A stretch of 64,000 bases of DNA from Oikopleura dioica (GCA_907165135.1 OU015569.1:558001-622000), one strand, 5' to 3'. Positions 22,515-36,150 are shown, counted from the stretch's first letter. The notes: a model not told the origin generated them from the letters alone. Numbers and translations are program-made.

Positions 22515-25500
22515 TTATTCCGCAAGATCGCTGGTATTCTTGCTGGCAGACTCTCTCCTTTCGCGGCTGTTTTCCAAGTCGTTCGTGATTTTTCTTCTAA
22601 TTTGGGCGATCTGGCCAGTCGGAAACCACCCATCGATCTTTGTGCATCTTTTCTTGGTTCCGATTTTTGAATAATTTTTTTTAGTTTATAAATTTAACCC
22701 ATGTTTAAAGAAGCCCCTTTCCCCTAGTAACGAGTACATTGATCGATAATTCACATGAAAAATAAGGTTCTAGGGCACGAAAGCTTCCCACCTTGGATAT
22801 TTCAAAAATTTGCCCTTCCGAAATGTACCAGCTGACATTGTCGCCTGCTCCCATCATTAATGATAATCCCGAGCGTCAGTTGCACCCTTTTTATATCAAG
22901 CGCATCGGCAAGAGTAATTCACAAAAGAAAGAGATTTGGTTCCAGCAAGGAAAGCGAATTTATTTTCCAAAAAAAACTTCAACTAACGAGAAATGGGACT
23001 TTACGATCCGGACGCAGCGGGAACCGCCGCTCGGTATCTTCGACTGCCAGCTGAAGAGCTAATTACTGTGCGAAGCGCCAAATTCGAAAAGGGCTCCGTC
23101 TGGGTGCCCTACTCCGAGACTGCCTACTGCAAGGCGCTCAAGCTCGCCGAGAAGGACGGAAAGATCAAGGTGAAGAGAGAGCCAGATGGAAAGGAGAAGG
23201 AATACAAGGCGGAGGACGTCGAGCCGCAAAACCCGCCCAAGTACGAGCTCCTCGAAGACATGGCGAACATGACTTTCCTCTCCGAAGCCGCTGTAGTCTA
23301 CAATCTCGGCGAGCGATACCGAAAATTCCTGATCTACACTTATTCGGGTCTTTTCTGCGTCACTGTCAATCCGTACAAGATGCTGCCCGTCTACGAGCCG
23401 CACATCGTCGGCTGCTACCAGAACAAGCGCAAGACGGAAATGCCCCCGCATCTCTGGTCCGTCGCCGACAATGCCTACAACGACATGTTGCGAAATCGTG
23501 AGAATCAGTCGATGTTGATTACGGGTGAGTCCGGCGCCGGCAAAACCGTCAACACGAAGAAGGTCATCGCCTATTTCGCCACCGTCGCCGCTCTCGGTGG
23601 CGGAGAAAAGAAGGCCGACGACAAGGGCTCGCTGGAAGACCAAATCGTCGCTGCCAACCCGGCGATGGAGGCGTATGGAAATGCGAAAACCATTCGAAAC
23701 GACAACTCCTCTCGATTTGGTAAATTCATCCGAATCCACTTCGGTTCCAATGGAAAGCTCTCATCTGGTGATATCGACACTTATCTTCTCGAGAAATCGC
23801 GAGTCACTTTCCAGGTAAATTAAAAAGCCAACCTTCCAAAATATCCTTATTTCTAGCTTCCAACTGAGCGATGCTTCCACATCTTCTACCAAATGTGCAC
23901 CGGCCACAAGCCGGAAATCAACGAAATGTGCATGATCACGACCGATCCGTACGACTACAAGTTCTGTTCTCTTGGAGAAATCGTCGTCAAATCCATCAAC
24001 GACAAAGAGGAACTGGATGCGACGGACGAGTCCTTCGATATTCTCGGCTTTTCGCAGGAAGAGAAGAACGCAATCTACAAGATCACGGCGGGAATGATGC
24101 ACAGCGGCAACCAAAAATTCAAGCAAAAGCCACGCGAAGAACAGGCAGAGCCAGATGGAACTGAAGCAGCAGACAAGCTTGCTTACTTGTTTGGCGTTAA
24201 CTCGTCCGACTGGTTGAAAGCGATTTGCAATCCAAAAGTCAAGGTCGGCACAGAATACGTCACAAAGGGACAGACAGTGGACCAGGTCAACTACGCTTTG
24301 GGCGCGCTGACTAAGGGCGTCTTCGGTCGTCTCTTCGACTGGCTCTTGAAAACGATCAACCGGGCTCTGGCCACCGAATTACCGCGCAACTTCTTCATCG
24401 GTATCTTGGATATCGCAGGTTTCGAAATCTTCGACTTCAACACCTTCGAACAGCTGTGCATCAACTACACGAACGAGAAGCTGCAGCAGTTCTTCAACCA
24501 CCACATGTTCGTTCTCGAGCAAGAAGAGTACAAACGCGAGGGAATCGACTGGGAGTTCATTGACTTCGGAATGGACTTGCAGGCGTCGCTGGATCTGATC
24601 GAGCGGCCTCTTGGTATTCTCTCGCTGCTGGAGGAGGAGTGCATGGTTCCAAAGGGAACAGACATGACTTACAAAGAAAAACTCCTCAAGCAGCATCTCG
24701 GCAAGTCAAAAGCCCTCGGAAAGGTGAAGAAGCAAGGCAAGTTTGAAGCGCACTTCGAGCTGCATCACTACGCCGGCTCCGTGGCCTACAACGTCACCGA
24801 CTGGCTCACCAAGAACAAGGATCCAATGAACACCTCCGTTATCGCTTTGTACAAAAAGTCATCGATTCCGACTTTCGCTGAGATCTGGGAGACTTATTTG
24901 TCCTCCGAAGAAGCTGCGAAACAATCGAAGGGAAAAGGCAAGAAAGGAAAGGGCGGCGGTGCTTCGACCATTTCTGGACAGCACAAGGAGTCGCTTTTCC
25001 GATTGATGACGAATCTGAAGGCGACACAGCCCCACTTCGTCCGATGCATCGTCCCCAACGAAATCAAGAAGCCAGGATTGATGGATAACCATCTCGTCCT
25101 CCACCAGCTTCGATGTAATGGTGTCTTGGAAGGTATCCGAATCTGCCGAAAGGGTTTCCCGTCGCGAGTCGAATACGACGAGTGGAAGCAGCGATACTCA
25201 ATCCTCAACCCCAACGCTGTGCCAAAGGGCCAGTTCATGGAGCCAAAGAAGGCCGTCGAAAAGATCCTTGGTGGCATCACTGAGATCGACCCCGAGAGCT
25301 ACCGTTTCGGCCAGACAAAGGTCTTCTTCAAAGCTGGAATAATCGGTTCGCTGGAAGATCTTCGTGACGACACGATTGCGCGCGTTTTGATCAAGCTCCA
25401 GACGCATGTTCGATGCAAGCTTGCTCGCGAACGATACGTGCAAACGATCAACGAGCGAAATGGCGCGTATGTGATCCAGCGAAATTGGCGAAAATTCAAC

Positions 25501-28500
25501 GAGCTCAAAAACTGGCCTTGGCAAGGACTTCTCTTCAAGATCAAGCCCTTACTGAACACGGCTGAGAAGCGGAAAGAAATGGACGAACTCTTGGCTGAAT
25601 ACGAAGTGATGAAGAAGGAACTGGAGTCGGAGACGAAGCTGCGCAAGAAGCTCGAGCAGGACCACGTAAAACTCATCCAGACCAAGAACAAGCTCATGTC
25701 GGATCTTCATGGCGAGAACGACGCCGCTGCCGATGCTGAGGACCGTTTCGAGAGCCTCATGAAGACCAAAATCGATCTCGAGGGCAAACTCAAGGAGCTC
25801 AACGAGCGAATGGAGGATGAGGAGGAAATCTCCACTGATCTTCAGCACAAGCGGCGAAAACTGGAGACTGAGTGCTCTGAACTCCGCAAGGACATCGACG
25901 ACCTCGAATCCACGCTCGCCAAGGTCGAGAAAGAAAAGTGCAGTGTTGAGGAGCAAGTTCGATCGAAAACGGACGAGCTCGATTGCAAAGGCGAAACCGT
26001 GGCGAAACTTTCCAAGGAGAAGAAGGCGCTGCAGGAAGCTCACCAGCAGCTTCTGGACGATCTCCAGGCCGAGGAGGACAAGTGCAATTCCATTTCCAAG
26101 GCGAAATCGAAGCTCGAGCAGCAGGTTGACGATCTGGAGCAGACTTATGAAATCGAAAAGAAGAGTCGACTCGATCTTGAACGACTCAAGCGCAAACTGG
26201 AGGGTGATCTTCGACTGGCGCAAGAGACAGTCATGGACCTCGAAAACGACAAGCAGCGACTTCAAGAAAAGCTGAAAAAGGCCGAGTTTGAGTACAACCA
26301 GCTCTCCACTCGCTATGAAGACGAGGTCGCCTTGGTCGCCCAGTTAGGCAAAAAGATCAAGGAGCTGCATGCGCGAATCGAGGAGCTCGAAGAAGAGCTC
26401 GAAGCTGAACGCGCCGCACGAGCCAAAGCCGAAAAGAGCCGGAGCGATCTCGCCAGAGAACTGGAAGAACTTTCCGAGCGTTTGGAAGAGGCAAACAACC
26501 AAACTCAGGGCCAGATCGAGATCAACAAGCGACGCGAGGCTGAAGTCTCCAAACTCCACCGCGACTTGGAAGAACACAACATCTCCCACGAGTCTAACTT
26601 GTCCACTTTGCGAAAGAAGCATGCCGACACCTCCGCTGAACTGAACGAGACGATCGACAATCTCCAGCGGGTGACTCAGAAGCTCGAGAAGGAGAAATCG
26701 GAAATGAAGATGGAGATTGATGATCTCATCGCTACTGTTGATTCTCTTTCCAAGTCGAAGGTCAGCTTTGAGAAGCAAAGCCGCGTTCTTGACGAGCAGT
26801 TGGGCGAAGTAAAGGGCCAGTTCGAAGAGCGAGAGAAGCAGATCAACGAAGCTTCGGCCGACACAGCCCGCCAGATGACCGAAATCAACGAGCTGAAGAG
26901 GACCCTCGAGGAGAAAGAAACCATGCTTTCCCAGATGACCAGATCAAAGAACTCGCTCAACCAGCAGAACGATGAAATTCGCCGCAGTTTGGAGGAAGAA
27001 ACCAAGGCCAAAAACGTGCTCGCTCACCAGGTCCAAGCTGCCAAGCACGATTACGAGCTGCTGAAAGAGCAGGCCGAGGAGGAGATCGAAGGCAAAAACG
27101 AGCTCATGCGCCAGTTGTCGAAAATTAACGGCGAAGTCGGCCAGTGGAAAACCAAGTACGAGACTGACGCCGTCCAGCGAACCGAGGAGCTCGAAGAGGC
27201 GAAGAAAAAGCTTTCTGGGCGTCTTACAGAAGCCGAGGAAGGCGTCGAAGCTGCGTTGACGAAATGCTCTTCGCTAGAGAAGGCGAAGGGCAAGCTGCAG
27301 ACTGAAATCGAAGACTTGACGGTTGAGCTGGAACGAGCCAACGCTGCCTGCTGTGCACTTGAGAAGAAACAACGCTCCTTCGACCGCGTGATCGAGGACG
27401 AAAAGCTCAAGCAGGACAAAATCCTTTCTGATCTTGAAATTTCGCAGAAGGAAGTCCGAGAGGCGCGCAATGAAGTCTTCAAAATCCAGAACTCGTACGA
27501 AGAGAGCCTCGACGCACTGGAATCAGCCAAGAGGGAACACAAACTTCTCCAAGAAGAACTCGCCGATCTGTCGGACCAACTCGCCGAAGGAGCCAAATCC
27601 ATTTCCGAGCTTGAAAAGGCGAAGCGATCCATCGAAGTCGAAAAGAATGAGCTCCAAGCGTCGATGGAAGAGGTCGAGTGCGCTGTAGAATCAGAAGAAG
27701 CCAAGACACTCCGGGTCTCGATCGAACTCGGCCAAATCAAGGCTGAAATCGACAAGAAGCTGCAAGAAAAGGAGGAAGAAATCGACAACGAGCGACGCAA
27801 CGCAGCGCGAATGCTCGAATCCGTGCAGCAACAGCTTGATCAGGAAACACGGAGCAGATCTGAAGCCGTTCGAATCAAGAAAAAACTGGAAGGTGAAATC
27901 TCCGATCTTGAAATTCAACTTGCCCATGCAAATCGCTGCCTGACCGAATCAACCCGACAGAATAAAGACGTCCAGGGCCAGATGAAGGACCTCCAGATGA
28001 ACATCGACGATGCAGAGAGGTTGAAGGACGCTGAGGCCGAACAACTGGCTGTTACTGAGCGAAGAATCAATCTTCTCCAAGCTGAGATTGACGAACTCCG
28101 AAGCTCACTCGAGCAAGCAGAGAAGGGCCGAAAGAGCGCTGAGCAGGAGCTGATGGAAGCGACGGAACGGGCGAATCTGCTTCACACTCAAAACACGGCG
28201 CTGGCGAACCAGAAGCGAAAGATGGAGAAGGAACTCGTAGCCGTTGCGAACGAAGTCGAGGAGGCGATACAAGAAGCCAAGAACGCAGAGGACAAGGCGA
28301 GAAAGGCCATCACAGACGCGTCGATCATCGGTGATGAGCTGAAGAAGGAGCAGGACTGCGCGGCTCATCTGGCACGAATGAAGTCGAACTTGGAGACCCA
28401 AGTGAAAACGCTGCAGAACAAGCTGGACGAGGCCGAACAGGTGGCATTGAAGGGTGGAAAGAAACATGTCCAGAAGCTGGAAGTGCGGCTCCGCGAGCTC

Positions 28501-30717
28501 AACGCTGAATTGGAGAACGAGCAACGCCGAGGCACTGATGAGATGAAACACATTCGCAAACTCGAGCGAAAGGTCAAAGAGGCGACTTACGTCGGCGAAG
28601 AGGACAAGAAGAACCTCGATAGGGCGCAGGACCAAGTCGACAAGCTCCAGCTCAAGGTAAAACAGTTTTCTTTCTTCTTTTCTTAACTCTTGTCTTTCCA
28701 GGTGAAACAATTCAAACGCCAGGCCGAGGAGCAGGAAGAAATCGCCAGCCAAAACACCTCGAAATATCGAAAGCTTCAAAACGAACTGGAAGAAGCCGAG
28801 GAACGAGCCGACATCGCCGAATCCACCATTTCCAAGATGCGCAGCAACAGCCGAATGTACTAATCTTTTGCTAGTTATCTCCAAAAAATTGAAACAACTG
28901 ATCATTATTGCAACTCTCCGAATATGACTAGGACTAACACTATCAATTTTAAATAAATTGTGGAACCAATCCTTAGCGTGACGGGAAAACTTTCTTTTAG
29001 CTTTTCTTGAACTTCGGGCAGATGAACATCGCAGACTTGGTAGAACATTTGGCGCCGAGGAGGCATGCATCCGCTCGTATAAATGTGATCAGTGCTAAAC
29101 AATCGAGTTAGTATTAAAAATCCAAGAATCCAAAAGTTACTTGCCTTTTTCCCTTTGCGCATTTCTCTCTTCCTCCTTCTTCTTCGCATCTAACATGCGC
29201 TGAGCTTCGTGCGCCCACTCCATCGGCCCGTCTTTGAGAATCGTGTTGTAGACAACCACATTCGGCAATTTGGACATGGTTCTCCGTTTCACGTGGATGC
29301 TCGTGTCCATGTTCACGCGTACGTCGATGGATTGGTATTTCCGGCCCTCGAGTTTCTCCTTCAGCGGATTGAAGCCAAACCGATTCCACAGTCGTGCCCA
29401 AGGACCGGTTTTCCAATAAAACGCGATCATCGGCAAGAGTTCCTTCATTGTATCACTTTTCATTCCGGTCAAATCCATCAGCGCATGCTAAATCATCAAT
29501 TTACTTACAGAAATGATTTTAAATAGGGTCTACATTTTAACGAGCATAAACTTCTGGGATGTCTCCATTTTAACGAATTGAATATTCTTTGAAAAAAGTC
29601 CCCGAATTAACGGATTCATGAAATTTCTCCAGGTGCTAGAAAATCCGTTAAAATAGGGACACCACATTTTGATTTCACTATTGATTTACCTTTGACCAGA
29701 GCGGTCTTTGTTCGAACAAGGCAATGACCTTTTGAGCATCTTTTCGCGCTCTGAAGCACGCCTCATTTTTCCTCGCGTTTTCTGACAGCTCTGTTGGAAT
29801 GCTTTGCGAGTTTTCGTGGAATTTAATCTCGACGGAAAAGCCGACGCGCCGCTTTCGCCCCTTTTCAATCGCCGTCTTCTTTGCTTCCATTTTGCTCCTG
29901 TTCGACTTGTTTTCTGGCAGTGGGTCTCGGAATAGATACATCGTTGGCTTGTCGCTTTGGAGGAAGAAAATCGGCGGAAGAAAGCTTGGAATTTCCGGTT
30001 TTTCGAAGTAGTTTTCGAGCGCTTTGTTCAGCTCGCAGGGACCTCCTCCCGTCGGCAGGTCCGCGTTGATCATCGTTTCCATAATCGCCTCGGAGTCCGG
30101 ATCGAAAGCAGGCAAAATTGAACGCACTTTGCTTTTTCGTTTTCAAAGGGCAGCACTGGCAGTTGCTGGCAATCCGCCGGCGCCTGGAACTTGTAAGCGA
30201 TGCTGGAACAGCCGACGATTTTCATCCGCATTTTCGTCTTTTTCGGGTCTTTCTTGCTTCTTAGTTTTTGGATCAGCACGAGAGCATTTTCGGTGATGCA
30301 GGGATCCCCACAAGCGGCGTGCGCGTGCGGATCGTCCGGCCGAAAGCTAAAATTTAGCCGCCGCTTGGTGAACTGCGAGGTACCGACGTCGTTGAAGGTG
30401 TCTAGCAGGACTTGCCGGCCGCCCAGAGCGCCGATGATCTTTTCCGGATTGTCGACTTTGACAGGGAGCTCGACGCAGATCAGCGAACGTGGGGTGATCG
30501 ACACATTCGAGCCCTTCATTTTAATTTCGCCCACTTCCGGCGGCACCTCGTTCAATTCTACCATGTCCAGCTGGACCATGTTGCTGTCCGCCGAGTTGTT
30601 AAGCTCCTCGACGCAGGGCTTCAGCTCGACGATCTCTGCAGCCTCCATCGCAGAAGAAGACTGGCCGCTAGTGCTTTCGAAGTCCATACTATTCAGCTCA
30701 CTATCATTCGTCTCCAT
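22515..30717 (-). CDS. GTF3C5: TFIIIC 63-kDa subunit; last exon 22515-22652 after a 6.3-kb intron containing the myosin gene
   Basis: [63 protein letters not shown]; then GT donor 28982 to AG acceptor 22653, in frame with [22 protein letters not shown]...*. One apparent frameshift near 30135. Confidence 0.85.
22993..28863 (+). CDS. Sarcomeric-type myosin II heavy chain (introns 23815-23856, 28657-28701)
   Basis: [51 protein letters not shown] region, long heptad rod, ending MRSNSRMY*. Confidence 0.97.
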
Positions 30718-31033
30718 CGCGAAACAATCAATCTTAGTTCTTACATCTGCAAAATGCACAAATGGAAAATTTACAATTATTCATATTTCAGGAAATTTCA
30801 TGCGACTGGTAACCCCTTATTTCATAAGATACTGCATTGGAGATGAACCCTGCCTTGTTAGTGTCATTTTTTTCGTAATAAACAGAAACATAATGATAAG
30901 AATAAAGTTCAAGAGGTATCATTTTTGAGGATTTTATTGCGTTATCAGAGCTTGTGCAAATTTAAAAGATAACAAAGGCAGCGTGATTTTTTCTCGCCTG
31001 GGCAGGAAGGTACTTGGCCTAGTCTAAGATGCG

Positions 31034-33191
31034 CTAGTCGACTTCTTCTGTGAAGTAGTCTTCGTCGGAAGAGTAGTTTCGCTTCTCGAGGGAGGACTCG
31101 CGCGTCTCAGCCCTCCTCGCTTCTCTTTTCTTCTTCTTTTCTTTCGAGTCCTCGATTTCCGAAAAGCGGATTGTCAAGCGGTCCAGAAACTGAAACAAAT
31201 TTAAGCTTCACATTCAGCTGTCTAGAGTACCTCGAGTTCTCTTGTCGCAAGAACGACGTTGGCTACGATGCCTTCGTCGACGAAAAACGGCGTGAAGCCG
31301 AATACCGCGTAACAAACACTCGTCACGTCGATGAATCCGCGGCGGCTATTCTCAATCGCTTTGCCGATTTTCGCAGCTAAAGAGGATGATGATGATTAAT
31401 GAAATTGCTACAGAAAAGATTCTGATTTTTGACTTGATAATTGACTGAAACTCTGACTGGAAGTAATGAAAAATTCCTGCTGAAAAGCAAGAAGCTCGTT
31501 ACAGTCAGAGTTACAGTCGATTTTCAAGTCAGAAATGATAGTCGTGGTACTAGCAATTTTTTTTACCGATTTCGGAGTAGAGCTGGAAACGGTATCGTTT
31601 CAAAAGGGAGTCCTTCTGCGAATAAATAAGGAAGCGGACGAGGCAACCCGCTCTCGACACAATCTCTTTGCCCTTTCTGGTTTTGACGAAGCCCTTCTTG
31701 GTGGACTCGTCCCACCACCACGTGCGAATGCGCTCGAAATAAACTGGCTCTACGTTGAGCAGAAATCCTCGCCGAATGTAGCTAAAGTCGATCGTCGTGT
31801 CGAACTGACGTCTCACTTCTTCTCGCTTATTCTTGGTTTTCCAGCTATCAACTTAGTCTAACAATTCGTGCTCTTACGAAAGTGGAGCTCCGCCCGAAAA
31901 GACCTAAAGCTGAAAACCTTGCCCGCGCGACAGTGCACTCATTAGTCATCACGAACTTCTCGATGAGCTTGTTGATGCAAGTCGATTGAAAAGTCGGATT
32001 GATGATTCCCACCTTGCTCACTCTCTTGTCGAATGGCTTGGCGAGGCCGAAGACAATCGTACGCACCTTCTCTGGAGACATCTTCAACTGGCGCCAGATA
32101 CCGCTATTCTTCCTCTGGAAGTAATCGTTCAGTACTTCCATCACTCTAAAAGAACACTTGAGTCAACAATCCAATCTTCTAGCTACCTTCTGAGGGGAAC
32201 CTCCCCTTCCATCTCGAGGAGGCGGTCGATCACGCACTGGACGAGCGTGACCTGCAAATCGAAGCGCGCCGGATGCTTCATCGAATACTTGAAAACCGAC
32301 AATTTCGGCAAAAGTCGCTCCAACTCCTCATTCATCGTCAAAATCCACCCTTCACACTCTGAATAAACTGATTTGAAAACAATTGAAAAATTCGCGGATT
32401 TTCTTTTTTCCATTTTTTTTTCTAAAATCATTTTTATCAGTGAGTGAGTCGTTTTTTTTCTATCAGTGAAGGAAAATAGGGGCAGTGAAGAGTGAAGGCT
32501 AGATTTCCTATTTCAACTTTCTTCCTTGTTTTCGAAGTTGAAGCTTTTTTGCAGCTCGGTGATTAATTGGCAGCTTTTTTGCAGCTCCTTGCCGTCCTTG
32601 AAGCTGTCGTTGCTCTTCTGCGTGTTTTTTCGAACGTACTCTTCGCTGAAGAGGTCAAGAAACTGCACAAAAAGGGTCGGAATCTGGACAAGCAAAAATG
32701 CCGCTATCTTAGTCGCTTGCTCTCGAAAATCAAAAACATCTAAATAAATAGAAAAATTCGGACCCTAGCTGGTAGTGTGGCTCGCAGAGGAACCACTGTA
32801 GCTTGAAGCAGAAGTAGAGCGCCTTTGCTGGCTCCTCAGGATTCAAGCACAGCTCCACGCTTTTCTGGTTGATGACCTTCTTTTCGAAGAAGCAAATGGC
32901 GCAGTGCGGCGGCTTCGCTGTTTCCGCGTCTTCTCGCTCGATTTTCTCGACGATCGCTTTTCCTTGCTCTTCGACTTGTAGGAGCTTGAGTTTCTGCTCG
33001 ATGTCTCTCAAACTCGCCTCGGGCTCTGGAAAATCGGCCACAGGCGTCTGCGTGTGCACCGAAGCGACACGGGCGACAACCTCGTCAGGTGAAAAATCGA
33101 CCAGGTCGTCCAAATCGTAGCCTCGCCGCTCCAGCTCGTCCAGGAATTTTTGGAACTCTTCCAAATACTCATCTTGCTCTTTCTTCGGCAT
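31034..33191 (-). CDS. Uncharacterised multi-exon protein (CxxC...CxxH motif; basic/acidic C-tail)
   Basis: Successive minus-strand coding-like segments separated by short introns, from MPKKEQDEY to ...DYFTEEVD*; no family recognised. Confidence 0.55.
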
Positions 33192-33350
33192 CGAACTGCT
33201 CAATTGGGGCTGAAAAGTCAGTTAAATTTAGAAAATATTTAATTCAAAAAATTTATTGATAATTCTTTTATTTTTATTATTGACCGACAAAAGCGCGACA
33301 AATATGGGGGTAGTGTCGGTGGTGCGACAATTTTTAATCGAACAAATTTT

Positions 33351-36150
33351 TCATTTAAAATTTAACCAGTCAAAATCATGCATTCGTACTGTCGGCCAAT
33401 CAGCAGCTAAATAGGCACCAATCGAATTTTGTCGCTGAGAAATTGTCGCCCTATTTTTGTCGCTCTGTTTACAAACCTTGAAATTTCTAAGCTGACTCGC
33501 CGAAATGCTCAAAAGATCGGTGTGGTCGACAAATTCGACGTAACCACTCAAGTCGAGAATTGGAAAGCTCTCGGCATCGCAGTCGAAAAGCGGGAAAACT
33601 CTGTATTGGCCGATCGCTTTTTTCCCGAGGACTTGGACAAGACACGGGCGATCGTCTGTCTCCGTCTGCAGGAAGGCGAACTTGTGCGGAATGGCGCAAA
33701 TCAGAAACTGCTCCGGAATTTTGAAATCTTTAGGGGACGAAATCTTTGCAGGGTTTGCCAAACGCTTGAAAACGACTAAAATTTTGAATAGATGATTTTT
33801 GACTTGTAATTTTTCAGTAAGTAAAAATGGACTAAAATTTCATTTTAGCATAAATATTTCACTAAAAATATTTGACCATGAACGACTAAAATCAATGACG
33901 TAAAATTTCAACTAATTTTTTTTTCTACAAAATTCATCGGCTACAGTTTTCGTCAAAAAGTTTGAACCCTGGTCCCACTGATTGTCATAGGCGAGGATGT
34001 CCATGTTGAGGTGGTGGTCCGGGCAGACCATATACTCCTGCACTTCTCTCATCAAATCGGAGAAACAGATCAGCGAGTAGTCGATGCCTTTAAAAAAAGA
34101 AGCTCTGAAGGGAGTGCCTAATTTTAGAGTTGTTTACTGTTTCTGTCTTTGGACGCCCGGATGAGCAGGAGCCAGCAAAGCAAAATGAACAGAAACTGGC
34201 GCACGCAGTTGATCTTCTCGTCCATCACCAAAGCCTGCAAGTCGGCCAGAGAGATAAGCGGAAAGTCTTTGTCTCCGTTCGGCAGCGAAAGCTTCAGCGG
34301 AGTCGGATTTGCCCTCCCAGTCGCCGAATTCACCCCGCCACTGAATTTTTGAAGCAGTTTTTGCTTAAAAAAGGTGGCAAAAAAACCGTTTGAAAGAAGA
34401 AGCGACAAAATTTGTGTTAAATTTTTTAGCGAATCAAAAGACTAAATTCAGATTGCCGACTAATCAGCATCGGATAATGACGCCCACGCAAGTTTTGATG
34501 TAATTTTTGATACGGAAAATTTGCGTGGGCTAGTTTTCTGCATTTGATTGGGCGGTAGACTGAATAGAGTCGTCTGATTGACTGAAAATTTCATGCAAAT
34601 TTTGTCGCGAAGCTGCCGTATCTCGCCAAACAATCGCTAGAATTTAATTTTTGCCACTTTTTTCCTTAATTAAATGCGAAGAAATGACTTTCGTGACATC
34701 GACCTTTTCCTTGTCGGCAGCACTCGCCTGCCACTCAGCCTCGTCGTACCTAAACGATATTTCTTAGGCGGAAAGAGCGTTGTCTTTCTACCAGTTAAAT
34801 AAGATATGCGACCATGTTCTTATGACCTTCGACAGTTTCTTCGGGCACTTCTTTTGCGAAGGAGCAAGGAAGAGCTCCTCGTTGTTGAACCAGTGGCAGA
34901 TCGCGCAGACGAAGTCTTCTTTGACGTTTTGCTCGCTCAGCTGCTCGTTCGCGAAGTCGATCTGTTTCGGAATGTCCTTGGCGAAGTCGGCAGCGCGCGA
35001 GAGGCAGGAAGGATGAAAGCTGAGTCCGCACTGGACGCAGTGGACCGCCCAGGTCACCTCGCCACCGAAGACGATAGTTTTTGTGCAGAGAAAACACAGA
35101 AACGTCATCCCTCTTTTCTCTATAAAAGCGAAAATAATGAGCGTTTTTTAGAAAAATATAGAATAGATTATTGAAAATAGAAAAAAAGGCAAAAGCAACA
35201 AAAAAGCAGCGTTTCTAGCTGTTTGGGAGGTAGGCTTCTTTCAACTCGTTTTCGCTCTTTTCGATGAGGCTTTCCATTTCGGTCTTCATTTCTTCCATCA
35301 TCGAACTCGTGATTTTCTCGTAAAACTGGGCCACACGACTGACGGACGCGCCGATCGGGATTTCGATTTCGATCGGCTCTATTTCTGAAGAGATTTTCAA
35401 AATTTGAATTTCGAGCCCAGCTATAATGAGCTTTCACGAAAAGCCTTTTTGCCTAAACGCACCGTTTTCTGAATTGACGAGTTCGTTCAAGAGCGTTCCG
35501 GAGCCGCTCTCGGCCGCTTCGGCGTCTTCTTCGGGGTCGATTCGCGGCGGCGGGTTAAGATACAACTCCGGCAGCGCCATGTTCAGCGGAAAGGGGTACA
35601 GCGGCTCTTCAAGGTTCTCAATCGACAGGTCGCGCGAAATAAACGTCATGTCGCGGTCTTTCGTCAAAACTTGGCGCCAGAGCTTGAAGTGCTGCAGCAC
35701 CGTCTTCATGAAAAAGTCCAGAAAGCAGCTTTGCTGAAAAAGAAATCAATAACAGAGGAAAAACGCCAGCTTACCTTGATAGTGGAGGTCTCGAAAATCT
35801 TGTGCAGGTCTTTGACGACTTCTGTAAAGGGAGTTTCCGAAGCGACTTGTTGAAAAACAGCGGCGGAAATGTTGATTACTTCTTTGATCGTCGCGTCTGT
35901 CAGCGCGTTTTGCTTGCAAATCCAGAAAAGGGATGTCGCAAACTTAAACGCTGTTTTTGAGCTAACTCGAAATCCCTGCCCATAAGAGCTCGGTCCACCA
36001 GTCTCTTAACCCGGCGGCGCGGAGGTCGATGTTGGCCCGGCCCGGCTCGGCGCACGCCAACGAGTTAAGCGGCTCGCAAATCGCCTCTACGTCTTCTGGA
36101 CTCTTGCAACTCTTCAGCTGCTTCAACACATTCTCGACTTCCGACAGCAT
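33351..36150 (-). CDS. Uncharacterised multi-exon protein with PHD-type zinc finger
   Basis: CFLC...HCVQCGLSFHPSC...FVCAIC (34800-35100) fits C4HC3 spacing; flanking coding-like exons on the same strand. Confidence 0.6.

Noticed and set aside
28905-28982. Hydrophobic C-terminus ([21 protein letters not shown]) for GTF3C5
   Set aside because: Better explained as intron read-through; the conserved-looking end is at 22515-22652.
23059-29070. Long minus-strand ORFs (226-321 aa) over myosin
   Set aside because: Antisense shadows of a codon-biased coiled-coil gene, with no motifs.
30200-30928. 242-aa plus-strand ORF
   Set aside because: Antisense shadow of GTF3C5 exon 1.
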